Source: Octopus vulgaris (taxonomy: Eukaryota). From it: DNA of 64,000 nucleotides. The translations under genes and the position numbers were made by a program. The stretch covers positions 203,484,001-203,548,000 of the forward strand of contig OX597815.1 of assembly GCA_951406725.2 (NCBI GenBank), given 5' to 3'. The notes under the pieces were generated by a model, which had not been told where the DNA came from, searched no databases, and saw only the letters and a list, made by a program, of their open reading frames with translations. Positions 13,869 through 27,380 of the stretch are shown here, one piece after another (position 1 is the first letter of the stretch; each line of letters begins with the position of its first letter).

Positions 13869-14010
13869 CTGGTTGCTAAACACAGGAAAAAGTAAGACAA
13901 GACAAGGGGTAAGTGCTATAAACTGTGTCTAAATCATAAACAATGAAGAGTTTGACTATGCACCGTCAAACCAGTTAAGTGGGTGGCTGAAAAACGAAAG
14001 GTGCGCGATT
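13869..14010 (-). promoter_or_regulatory. Probable non-coding first exon and promoter of the minus-strand gene
   Basis: Consensus minus-strand donor CAG|GTGAGTAA at 13869/13868 in unique sequence with locally retained CpG. The nearby ATG is followed quickly by a stop. The 5' boundary is a guess. Confidence 0.45.
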
Positions 14011-14641
14011 TAAACACACAACCGTTCTTGGTATTATAACATACTCGGCATTAGAGCTTATTGAATGAAAAAACTCAACATGAAATGAAACGAAACGAAA
14101 CGAAATAGATTAATAAATATTCTGCTATTTATTTCTAGTTGTTTTCTTTTCTTTAATTGGAAATATTTTTATAGAAATTCTTATTTATACATATAATCAT
14201 TTCTATAGACATATAAATTTATATTACTATTTAAGTAAGGATATTTTTCATTGATCAAAAATGTAGCGCGTGTGTTTGTGCACAACAACAGGTGAAAAAA
14301 GAAATTTTACTTGTATTTTTAATTGGCAAAAAGTTACGAAGCTCTTTGCTTTAGAGTAACGATCTAACGTTCTTGTGAATAAGAATATATATTATGTGTG
14401 TGTGTATGTATTAAATATGTATGTTTCATGTGTACATATACATATATACGCATACATATATATATATATATGCGTATATATTTATATGTATATATACACA
14501 TGAAACATACATATTTAATACATACATATATATATATATATATGTTTATTTTTGGTAGTAATGACTTTGAAAGTCCCTCCTAGCGTGTGGCATTTATGTG
14601 TAATAATGCCCTCTATATAATATATATATATATATATATTA

Positions 14642-14731
<90 letters not shown>

Positions 14732-15905
14732 TGATAGAAATGCCAAGACAACAAAAGAATGAAAGAGACTTCGATATTATGTAAATAGAGGAATTTATCA
14801 GTAAATATAATATGACAATTATTCGGAAGCCGAATAGTTGTCACATATTCTATTTACTGATATATATATATATATTATGCACGCACACACACACGTACGT
14901 ATACAACCACTTACATACATATCCATTATAGATATATTATGATTATTATATAAATAATCTGTTGTCAAACGAAACGAAACTTTGTTCGATTTACATTGCT
15001 TACTTAAGTTTTGAATTTGGAAAAATGTTTGCGTTACATATATATTATTAAATAGTATATCTGGTTTAAGTGATTCATTTTATCTTTTAAGCATGAAAAA
15101 TTGCAGTGTGTGTGTTTGTGTGTGCGTTTGTATGCGCGCATGTGTTCAAAAGGATTTGATATGGGGGATAATCAAAGGAATTTACGATACAACTTTCTTT
15201 GGAATGTAGTCACGTGACTTCTACGCATTCCAGCAAAAAGGAATAAAATTTACAACTTGTCACTCGTCGATTTCAAAATTCTTCAAAGATATTAGCCGAG
15301 TACTTTTTTTTTTTTTTTTTTTTTATATAATTTACAGGAAATGAAATTACTGAAGTGTAAACATTTTAAAAACAAATGTTTATTTAATTCTCTCCACTAA
15401 TCGAAACCAAATTCAAAATCTTCGAAAAAAATTTCAACAGCATAAAATAAAAAAATTAAATTGCTTAAGGAAATTATTGCCCTAACGAATTCCAACTCAT
15501 TTATATATTTAATTCACGAGTGAAAAGGTATGAATGTTCCATAGGCAAAAGAGACCGATAGAATAAGTGCTGGGCTTACAAAGAATAAGTCCCGGGGTCG
15601 ATTTGCTCGACTAAAGGCGGTGCTCCAGCATGGCCGCAATCAAATGACTGAAACAAATAAAAGAGTAAATGAGTAAAAGAGAGCCTTATACTTTGTAACC
15701 AAGCACCCTTTACATGTCCGAAGATAAGTGAAGGGTAGATTTCGTTGTGGTGTGTAGTTAACTGAATCGATGCTAACATGTATTTTAGTTAATCAATATA
15801 CTTTTATTGGTGCCCACTTACCAAATGAAAATTAGGACTTACATCATAGTGAAACAAATTCAGCACAGCCTGCAAGAATTTAACTATTCAACTACCACGG
15901 ATATG

Positions 15906-16295
15906 GGGGAGGAAGCACTCCGTCGGTTACGACGATGAGGGTTCCGGTTGATCCGATCAAAGGAACAGCCTGCTCGTGAAATTAACGTGTAAGTGGCTGA
16001 GCACTCCACAGACACGTGCACTCTTAACGTAGTTCTCGGGGATATTCAGCGTGACACAGAGAGTGACAAGGCCAGCCCTTTGAAATACAGGTACAACAGA
16101 AACAGGAAGTAAGAGTGAGAGAAAGTTGTGGTGAAAGAGTACAGCAGGGATCACCACCATCCCCTGCCGGAGCCTCATGGAGCACCTAGGTGTTTTCGCT
16201 CAATAAACACTAACAACGCCCGGTCTGGGAATCGAAACCGCGATCCTATGACCGCGAGTCCGCTGCCCTAACCACTGGGCCATTGCGCCTCCACA
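15906..16295 (-). mobile_element. Arg-tRNA-derived SINE (OR-type), full length
   Basis: Same head as 897 on the reverse strand. 12-bp TSD ACCACGGATATG at 15894-15905 and 16296-16307. Confidence 0.9.
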
Positions 16296-16410
16296 ACCAC
16301 GGATATGATCTACTAAATAGCTGTGTGGTAAGTTCACTTCGTGGTTATGGGTTCGATCTCATGTTTCTCTAATTTGAGCTAGTGTTTTCTGTGATTGATA
16401 TATAACTAAC

Positions 16411-16445
<35 letters not shown>

Positions 16446-16576
16446 GTATTAGAATGGGGGAAATGAACAGACAACACATGTGATATCACTGTATAGCATA
16501 GAATTTATAATTTAAACATAATTGTAGAGTTGTTACAATGGAGTTGTTGGTTAGAGTAAACGGTATCATAAATGAA

Positions 16577-16989
16577 GGCGGTGAGCTGGCAGAATCGTTA
16601 GCACGCCGGGTGAAATGCTTAGCGGTATTTCGTCTGCGTTACGTTGTGAGTTCAAATTCCGCCGAGGTCGACTTTGCCTTTCATCCTTTCGGGGTCGATA
16701 AATTAAGTACCAGTTACGCACTGGGGTCGATGTAATCGACTTAATACCTATGTCTGTCCTTGTTCGTCCCCTCTAGGTTTAGCCCCTTGTGGGTAATAAA
16801 GAAATAGGTATTTCGTTTGCGTTACGTTGTGAGTTCAAATTCCGACGAGGTCAACTTTGCCTTTCATCCTTTCGGGGTCAATAAATTAAGTACCAGTTAC
16901 GCACTGGGGTCGATGTAATCGACTTAATACCTATGTCTGTCCTTGTTTGTCCCCTCTGTGTTTAGCCCCTTGTGAGTAATAAAGAAATA
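16577..16989 (+). mobile_element. Nin-domain-type SINE (family C), tandem dimer
   Basis: One full unit plus a second unit lacking the first ~45 nt. Flanked by direct repeat GGTATCATAAATGAA (16562-16576, 16990-17004). Confidence 0.85.
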
Positions 16990-19440
16990 GGTATCATAAA
17001 TGAAGGAGTTAGAAGTTGTACATTAGAACAACCGTTAATTTTAAAGAACAATGCTCAGCATATTTGGACTCTTTTAAATCCAAAAAACACGGTAAATCTA
17101 CACTAAACATTGACAGAATGCTTTTGAATGTTAGAATGCCTTTAATTCTTTCTTTTCTTTCTTTCTTTTACTTCTAAGTTTGTTTCGCTCTTTTTCAATA
17201 ACATTTTAAAAATAACAATATCTTCGCTCTTTTTGTATTATTTGATTCTCTCCATTAATCCAGATACACTACCTTAAGAAAAGCAAACAATATAACTTGG
17301 CCTATCATTGACTCTGGTCCTTTATATCAGGACCAAAATGCTCTATGCTGGTTATGCTTGAAAGAATCTATACAGATACTATCACATAACACAATACAAT
17401 TATTAAACAAACAACACAGATCATTGTCCTCTTGTGTTCATAGCTCCTTTAAGATCTTTTGATTATACCACAAATTTAAATACTGCAAGATGAACCCCTC
17501 TTACACATTGCTTTCACTCAAACGGAGCTGTGAAACTCCTGATCTTTTTTTACTTCTCTGCATTATAACCTTTCCACCATTCATCGTGCTTGAATCACAA
17601 TGCTAAACTGCTCATGTCAGAAGACTTTCTGGATCTTTTCCTTTAGATAGACAGAATTCAATCCAATTTCTAGTTAACTAAACAATTTGAAACTTCGTAT
17701 ACTGGTAGAATGTGTCAAAAGAAAACATTATTTTCACTTGGCTTTTTTGATAAATTTGTAATTTGTAAGTTTAACGTAGTTTAATTCTTCGAATTTTAAC
17801 CAATGAAAAGATCCGACTTTCTTTATCTTGTTCACAACCCTCAAACTTATTTTTGGCTCTATGATAATTCTAACCCACACTGGACGTCGCTACTATTGAA
17901 TTGACGAATAATTCATGAGCGTTTTTTCCCCCGTTTTTTTGTTTGTTTTTTTTCAAACTTAAAAATGCACGCAGAAATAAAACGCATTGGCAAAATGTTC
18001 TAAGTTATTTAAAAGAGAATTTTTTGCTCTACAAGACAGTGTTTTGATTTTTTAATTTTATTGATTTTTTTGTATTTCCATATCATTAAAATGGAATGTC
18101 AAGTGGACAAAACTGAGCATTTTCGACACCATTTGCTTTTAGCATTTAATCGAGGTGTTAAGGTCGCCGAGGCTGTTCGTGAGATTTGTGCTGTGTATGG
18201 AAAAGGAGCAATGCCTCAAAGTACCTCCCGCCGTTGGTTTTCGTGCTCCAAAGATGGGAATTTTGACCTCAAGGGTGGATCACACACCGGTCGACTAATT
18301 GAGTTCGATGAAGAGTGATTGAATCAACTTCTTTACGAAAATCCACGTCAAACGACCAGAGAATTGAAGGAGCTGATGAACTGTGATAGAAAAAAAATAC
18401 TGAGGTGAACCACTGTAGGAGTCAGGGAAGCTATTTTTTGTTCTCGCGGCATAGCACGGTTGTGCTATGGCAACTTCAACCAATCAAAGCTGATCGCGTA
18501 TTAATACCAAAAGCAGTTATCCGTCCTATAGGTAAGCGCGCGTAGTTTTAACAGTCAGCTGAAGAACACAAGACGAATCACATTGGTCTTCCAAAGATAG
18601 TATCTGCCTTTTATCTTTCTCACCAACTTAGTGCCGCAAACTTCTGAATTATATTAAGCTTTCAGCGCTGACCACATCATGGACATCCTATTTCCTTTTT
18701 GTCAACTTCACATTGCGAGCACCTTTCCAGTTAGTCCATATCAACACAACGCTACCTATATCATGAGTGGTTTACAATGGGGGGGGGGGGGGTTGTGTAT
18801 ATTTACGTATGTACCTGTATGAAAACTAATGGTTGCACATGGGTGTGTGTGCATTTACATATGTACGTGTATATGAAATGTAATGTGTGGTGTGTGTATT
18901 TCCGTAAGTACGTGTATATGAAAGATAATATGTGGTGTGTGCATTTATGCAGACACACGTACACCAATTAGCTTTCGTACATACATAAATACACACACAC
19001 ACACATGTACAACCATTATTTTTCATATACACGTACATACATAAATACACAAACATGTACACCCATTATCTTTCATAGACATATACATTAACACGCGCGC
19101 GTTATCTCCCGTCCGTTTCACGTTGCGTCTTCAAAGCAGATATCACCTTGTAAATGTCATGAAACTAAAAGTAAATAAATAAAAAGTTTTCACGGAAACT
19201 AACGAACGAACAGCTGCGAAAATTTGACGGTTCTGAGGCAAATTCCGAGTGATTACCTTTCCGTCTAAGCTAGCTTCGCCTCTGCTCGCTTTTTACGGCT
19301 TTCAACTAAATCATTTGTTCAATTGAAAGTTTTATTGCTTTTCTCTGTCTCCTACACATACGCCCGCTTCACTCGTCACTTAGAACTCATTACTATTTTA
19401 ATAAATTAAATTATTTGTTTAAAAACTGTCTTCTGATATT

Positions 19441-19775
19441 CGGAGGCGCAATGGCCCAGTCGTTAGGGTAGCGGACTCGCGGTCGTAGGATCGTGGTTTC
19501 GTTTCCCAGACCGGGCGGGGATGGTGGTGATCCCTGCTGTACTTTCACCACAACTTTCTCTCACTCTTACTTCCTGTTTCTGTTGTACCTGTATTTCAAA
19601 GGGCCGGCCTTGTCACTCTCTGTGTCACGCTGAATATCCCCGAGAACTACGTTAAGGGTACACGTGTCTGTGGAGTGCTCAGCCACTTACACGTTAATTT
19701 CACGAGCAGGCTGTTCCGTTGATCGGATCAACCGGAACCCTCATCGTCGTAACCGACGGAATGCTTCCATCCATA
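19441..19775 (+). mobile_element. Arg-tRNA-derived SINE (OR-type)
   Basis: Head and tail match 15906-16295, with an internal deletion. Confidence 0.85.
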
Positions 19776-20161
19776 TACATGCTTGTTAAAAGCGCATTTA
19801 ATGGACGTTTTCACGAACCCTTTCATACTTCAAATTAGTGACCACTCACATTAAACTACCTTCACTCTATGGACAAGGTTCTGAAACTGCACATGTGTGC
19901 CACACGCTTTGAGCGAAAACCGCAAAAGTCAACGCCCCACAATCGCCGCCATTTTGCTCGCTCAACATCGTTCAACACATGGCTCACAAACAGCGTTTTC
20001 TTTACCGCATTGTCACCGTCGAATAAAAAAGGGTGCCTTTACGTCAATATGGAGCAGCGATAAGAATGGCTCAGCCCCGACAAACAAGCGACCCCGCAAG
20101 CAAAACAAGACCTTCATCCTCAAAAAAAACCATGCCGTATGTATGGTAGGTTTGAGAAGGC

Positions 20162-20572
20162 GGCGATCTTTCGTCTCTAGTAGACCTTTCCGTCGATTTC
20201 CGTAAAATTTTTTTTTTTTTACATATGGGCTTGCGGGAACTTTTGAAGTAATATACATACATATACACATACACTGAGTAAAAAATTTCAGTTATCTCTT
20301 TCTTTCACACATTACTCTGTCTCTTCACACATACTAACAGAAGCACTTCACTTACACAACATACTGTCTGTCTCCCACACCTCATCAAACACACACATGT
20401 ATATCAATGCTTGCCATGCACGGTAACTTCAAAAGAATTTCCCTCGTCATACAATCGCTTTCTCTTAGTCTCTTTCGCTCTCATTACTTCAAAAGTTCCC
20501 GCAAGCCCATATGTAAAAAAAAAAAATTTTACGGAAATCGACGGAAAGGTCTACTAGAGACGAAAGAATGCC
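20162..20572. mobile_element. MITE with long TIRs and 8-bp TSD (Merlin-like)
   Basis: About 90-bp near-perfect inverted ends starting GGC and ending GCC. TSD GAGAAGGC at 20154-20161 and 20573-20580, inside the mariner coding sequence. Confidence 0.85.
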
Positions 20573-21054
20573 GAGAAGGCATAATTCAAATACGAACTGC
20601 TTGAGCGCAACCAAATGCTCAGTGTGGAGCTCTACGTTCAACAACTGCACCGACTCAACGAAGCAAAAAAGACCGAATAGGCGAAGTGGCGTTCTGCAAC
20701 ACGACAAAGCCCGCCCTCACATCGCCAATATGACCAAACATGCGATTCAAGAACTCAAATGGGAAGTGCTCTCCTGATTTGGCGCCGTCAGATTTTCATC
20801 TCTTTCGAACGCTTTGTGCAGTGTATCGTTCAATAATGACATGGAATTGAGGGCTTGGTTACTCGAATACTTTGAGTACCAAAGACGTTATATAGACCTC
20901 CTTGACTCAAGTTAGAGAAGGGTTGCGTATTATATACAAGGTTTAGGTTTTTCAGAGTTACAGCCCCCTAAAAATCCCCTGCATATTATACTCAAGGGCG
21001 GACTATACTCGAGAATTTACGATACTAGTCTTTTAAAAGGGTTATGTAACTTTC

Positions 21055-21450
21055 AGGAGTGGCTGTGTGGTAAGTAGCCTGCTAACCAGCCACATGGTTC
21101 CAGGTTCTGTCCCACTGCGTGGCATCTTGGGCAAGTGTCTTCTGCTATAGCCCCGGGCCGACCAATGCCTTGTGAGTGGATTTGGTTGACGCAAACTGAA
21201 AGAAGCCTGTCGTATATATGTGTATATACATATTTGTGTGTGTGTGTTTGTCCCCCTAGTATTGCTTGACAACCGATACTGGTGTGTTTACGTCCCCGTC
21301 ACTTAGCGGTTCGGCAAATGAGACTGATAGAATAAGTACTGGGCTTACAAAGAATAAGTCCCGGGGTCGATTTGCTCTACTAAAGGCGGTGCTCCAGCAT
21401 GGCCGCAGTCAAATGACTGAAACAAGTAAGAGAGTAAAAGAGTAGAGAGT
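21055..21450 (+). mobile_element. SINE family A
   Basis: Full-length match to family A. Confidence 0.9.
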
Positions 21451-22371
21451 AAATCCTTCAAAATTCGCCTAGAAAGGATGGACATTGCATGGCATTGCTT
21501 ATGCAGTGATAAGTTATTTTCTCTTTTAATTCCAATTCAATAAAGGAGGAATAATATGTAGGAATTGATTTAACTGCATTTGCTCGGCCATTTGCTATTT
21601 CGAAGATGAAAGCAAAAATATGAACCCGTCACAAATTAAGGTTATTTTCTTGGTTTGTGTGAGAGCGAAGATCTATCCTACTTGACAAGGAAAAAAGTAT
21701 GAATTTCAAGAACATTCGAGATGCTGTTTACGGCATCGCTTCAAGTTGATTGGTCGGTTATATGTGTGTGAGTGTGTGTGTGTTTGCCCCCTCAACATCG
21801 CTTGACAACCGATGTTGGTGTGTTTACGTCGTTGTAACTTAGCGGTTCGGCATAAGTGACCGATAAAATAAGTATTACGCTTACAAAGAATAAGTCCTAG
21901 GGGTGATTTGCTCGACTAAAGGCGGTGCTCTAGCATGGCCGCGGTCAAAATGACTGAAACAAGTAAAATATTACATATGTGTGTGTGCGTGCATGTATGT
22001 ATGTATGTAGTGTGTGTATGTGTGCTCGCGTGCGTGCATGCGTATGGACAAACGAAGAAATCCTATATGTAGTTGCTTTATTTGCTAGAAATAGTAGCAG
22101 GTTCTTGAAATCACTGCCTCGCACCTTATAAAAATGTGAAGGACACACTGGATAATATAATCATCCATACACTAAGTCTGAAAAACAGAAAAAATGTTTT
22201 TTAAAAAAAAGATGGGCTGGTCACCGCTGGAGTGATTTTCGTTGTAGATCTGTAGAATTAAGACTGATTTAAGCTAGTGTATAATTAACGTTAATAGGGA
22301 AGAGTTTAATTTTTATATATTTTCCTTGTGAAAGAAAATCTACTCCAAGATGTTGATGTGCAACTAGTGTT

Positions 22372-22735
22372 CTCTTTTTCTCTTTTACTTGTTTCAGTCA
22401 TTTTGACTGCGGCCATGCTGGAGCACCGCCTTTAGTCGAGCAAATCGACCCCGGGACTTATTCTTTGTAAGCCCAGTACTTATTCTATCGGCTTCTTTTG
22501 CCGAACCTCTAAGTTACAGAGACATAAACACACCAGCATCGGTTGTCAAGCAATGCTAAGGGGACAAACACACACACAAACATACACACGCACACACACA
22601 TATATATATACATACATATATACGACGGGCTTCTTTGAGTTTCCGTCTAACAAATCCACTCGCAAGGCTATAGTGGAAGACACTTGCCCAAGACGCCACG
22701 CAGTCGGACTGAACCCGGAGCCACTCCTGCGCCTA
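22372..22735 (-). mobile_element. SINE family A
   Basis: Reverse-strand copy with small internal deletions. Confidence 0.85.
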
Positions 22736-22753
22736 TATATATTTTATAGGATA

Positions 22754-23158
22754 CTAGCAGTATCGCCCGGCGTTGCTCGGATTTGTAAGGGAAATAACTA
22801 TATAAGCATTTTTAGAGAGTTATAGCCAAAAAATGGGAAAAAAATGCATTAAAAATGGGAAAAAAATGGTAAATTATTTTAAAAAATTCTTTTTAAAATC
22901 GTTGACTCATCGTAGACATTTTTAGAGAGTTACTTCCCTTGTATAATAGCGAAAAAATGCATTAAAATGGAAAAAAATGGTAAATTATTTTTAAAATCGT
23001 AGACTCATCGTAGACGCGCGCTAATACCCAGAAGGGCTCGATATGAATCACGACTATAAGATACCCGGTTTTGGTTAAACTGCACCGCAAAATGTGGGAG
23101 TAGTTAGGAATCTAAATCGTAGGAGACAGACACACAACTTCACTTTTATATATAAAGA
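22754..23158 (-). mobile_element. Non-autonomous Helitron, family 1
   Basis: Reverse complement of 1631-2005 and 43177-43573. TC...CTAG termini, A|T insertion site. Confidence 0.85.
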
Positions 23159-23321
23159 TATATTTTAAAAAACTAAAGAAGGACAGATTCGTTCGCCATA
23201 TCGCGAAGATGCCATAGGTTTATTTTGTTCAACCAGGACTGTCTTTAGGCTAAACAACGACAACTATTGTTTTTTTTTGTTTGTTTTTTTTTTTATTCTA
23301 AAGAAACGCTTACCTTAATGC

Positions 23322-23488
23322 TGCGCATGCGCTTCAGTGAAATTCTATCGTCTGCTACATTTAATCCCTCCGACATGAAAAGACGCTAATGCCGTTTACT
23401 CCTCACAAATTTCATAACAGCTCAGCTAAAATATCTTGTCTGCAATCAACTAAATACAGTAACTTCAACAATGTACGAAATGGTGAGT
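23322..23488 (+). promoter_or_regulatory. Promoter-like module with short first exon (ATG TAC GAA ATG|GTGAGT)
   Basis: TGCGCATGCGC (NRF1-type) 23322-23332, TCGTCTGCT 23348-23356, CCGACATG 23370-23377, ATG at 23471 with A at -3, donor GTGAGT 23483-23488 followed by T-rich intron-like sequence. Confidence 0.55.
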
Positions 23489-23829
23489 TTACGTTTTAGT
23501 ATTACGTATTTGTTGGTTTTATTTTCGTGTTTTGTACTCATTTTTGCAAGCACTCATGTCTGAGAAAAGTTGACCAAATATCGGATATATATTCCCGAGT
23601 ATTGCCATGAGATCTTGTCTGCCGTACATTATATTATATAATTTTTTATATATATACTAGTCCCATTTCGTTATCGTCATTTTAACACGAGATGTATCAC
23701 ATAGACTCCTTTAAAACACAATATTTATTTCAGATTTAATCAACTTTCGGAAGATATTTCTGTTGTATTTGGTAGGTATTTTAATACGAATGATGTTAAA
23801 ACATTTCTGACACACACTAGGAGAGACAG

Positions 23830-24122
<293 letters not shown>

Positions 24123-24805
24123 ACCTAGGGCTAAATAACAGCCATTACGTATTAAACTTAAATCACTTGTCGATCACAATTAGTTCAAACTCTAAAGAAA
24201 CGCTTACCTTAATCCCACGCATGCGCGTCAGTGAAATCCTGTCGTCTGCTACACAGAATCTCTCCGACATGAAGAAACACTTGTAGCGTCCGCTCACCTC
24301 TCACAAATTTTATAACAATCCAACTAAAATATCTTGTCCCGTCTACTTAACTTGTATTCATTTCAATGAAAACTCACGTCACTACAATAGTAAATAGAGG
24401 TGTGTATCAATGAAGTTACTTTTCTTCCTCTCTCTTATGAAAACATTAAGTTCTGACATTTTTCCTACAATCGTCCATCTAATGCAACGAAACGGTAAGT
24501 TTACGTTTCAGCTCTATTTGTTGATATTTTCTTGTTTTCACATTTCTTCCTTCTGTGAATGGTAGACCAAATATATATTCCCGAGTATTGCTTGTCCCAT
24601 TTCGTTATCGTCATTTTAACTTGAGATATATCAATTAGTAAAAAAAAATATATATTAACTATATATATATATAGTTAATATATATATATATATTCCCGAG
24701 TATTGCTTGTCCCATTTCGTTATCGTCATTTTAACTTGAGATATATCAATTAGTCTTCTTTAAAACACAATATTTATTTCAGACTTGATTAAATTTCGTT
24801 AAATA

Positions 24806-25217
24806 TCTCTTTTACTCTTTTACTCTTTTACTTGTTTCAGTCATTTGACTGTGGCCATGCTGGAGCACCGCCTTTTAATCGAGCAACTCAACCCCGGGAC
24901 TTATTCTTTTGTAAGCCCAGTACTTATTCTATCGGTCTCTTTTGCCGAACTGCTAAGTAACGGGGACATAAACACACTGGCATCGGTTGTCAAGCAATGC
25001 TAGGGAAACAAACACAGACACACAAACACACACACGCATATATATATATATATACATATATACGACGGGCTTCTTTCAGTTTCCGTCCACCAATCCACTC
25101 ACAAGGCATTGGTCGGCCCGAGGCTATAGCAGAAGACACTTGCCCAAGGTGCCACACAGTGGAACTGAACCCGGAACCATGTGGTTGGTAAGCAAGCTAC
25201 TTACCACACAGCCACTC
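24806..25217 (-). mobile_element. SINE family A
   Basis: Full-length reverse copy inside array unit 2. Confidence 0.9.
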
Positions 25218-25710
25218 CAACGCTCATAACTGTCTTGGATAAATATTAAAATACAATTTTCTTTCGATATTCGAACGCACGATTATTATTATGGTGAAAA
25301 TTATAGTAGGAGTGATAAAGCACAGAAAATTAATATGCTTTCTTATTTGTTCTTACGTAAAATAAAAGTAAATTTGCTGTCCCTCAAATTGATTTTATTT
25401 CGTGAGGAAAAAACGTAAAACTTAATCATTCGTCCCGTTTGAAGTTGATTTATACACTAACAGAAAAAGTCTTGATTCAACTGACCCATGATGAAAGGCA
25501 TACCAGCCATGACGAAGTCATCTTTTATTTTTTACCCATTGTATATGGATGATTATATTATCAAGTATGTGTTTCGTTTTTTTCTTTCTTTTCTTTTAAG
25601 ATGGTAGGAACTGACTTCAAGAACATTTCGGAATTTTAAAATCTTTTTTTGCAAATCAAGCGACTGCTTTCAGAAACCAAACATTTCTGACACACACTAA
25701 GAGAGTGTCA

Positions 25711-26123
<413 letters not shown>

Positions 26124-26600
26124 TTGGTTCGGGCTGACCTAGGGTTAAATAACAGCCATTACGTATAAAACTTAAATCACTTGTCGATCACAATTAGTTC
26201 AAACTCTAAAGAAACGCTTACCTTAATCCCACGCATGCGCTTCAGTGAAATCCTGTCGTCTGCTCCACACAATCTCTCCGACATGAAGAGACACTTGTAG
26301 CGTCCGCTCACCTCTCACAAATTTTATAACAATCCAACTAAAATATCTTGTCCCGTTTAATTAACTTGTATTCATTTCAATGAAAACACACGTCTCTACA
26401 ATAGTAAATGGAGGTGTGTATCAATGAAGTCACTTTTCTTCCTCTCTCTTATGAAAATATTAAGTTCTGACATGTTTCCTACAATCGTCCATCTATTGCA
26501 ACGAAACGGTAAGTTTACGTTTCAGCTCTATTTGTTGATATTTTCTTGTTTTGACATTTCTTCCTTCTGTGAATGGTAGACCAAATAAAATAAACATATA

Positions 26601-27020
26601 TAGGCGCAGGAGTGGCTGTGTGGTAAGTAGCTTGTTTACCAACCGCATGGTTCCGGGTTCAGTCCCACTGTGTGACACCTTGGGCAAGTGTCTTCTACTA
26701 TAGCCTCGGGCTGACCAATGCCTTGTGAGTGGATTTGGTAGACAGAAACTGAAAGAAGCCTCTCGTATATATGTATATATATATATGTGTGTGTGTGTGT
26801 GTTTGTGTGTCTGTGTTTGTCCCCCTAGTATTGCTTGACAACCGATGCTGGTGTGTTTACGTCCCGTAACTTAGCGGTTCGGCAAAAGAGACCGATAGAA
26901 TAAGTACTGGGCTTACAAAGAATAAGTCCCGGGGTCGATTTGCTCGACTAAAGGCGGTGCTCCAGCATGGCCGCAGTCAAAATGACTGAAACAAGTAAAA
27001 GAGTAAAAAAAAAAAGAGAG
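26601..27020 (+). mobile_element. SINE family A
   Basis: Full-length copy inside array unit 3. Confidence 0.9.
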
Positions 27021-27303
27021 TATTCGTCCCGTTTGAAGTTGATTTATACACTAACAGAAAGAGTCTTGATTCAACTGACCCATGATGAAAGGCAGACCAG
27101 CCATGACGAAGTCATCTTTTATTTTTTACCCATTGTATATGGATGATTATATTATCAAGTATGTGTTTCGTTTTTCCTTTCTTTTCTTTTAAGGTGGTAG
27201 GAACTGACTTCAAGAACATTTCCCTATTTTTTAATCTTTTTTTGCAAATCAAGCGACTGCTTTCAGAAGCCAAACGTTTCTGACACACACTAAGAGAGTG
27301 TCA

Positions 27304-27380
<77 letters not shown>

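Larger units (their letters stand above)
17894..20880 (+). mobile_element. Mariner (DD34D) element broken by nested insertions
   Basis: N-terminal HTH region at 18091-18390 (HFRHHLLLAFNRG..EICAVYG..RRWF..GNFDL). Catalytic region at 19840-20880 (PHALSE, CLYVNM, QHDKARPH, PDLAPSDFHLF). TIR-like left end near 17894. Confidence 0.85.

Noticed and set aside
14081-14106. (GAAAC)n run as an interferon-response-like element
   Set aside because: Cannot be told apart from a short pentanucleotide microsatellite.
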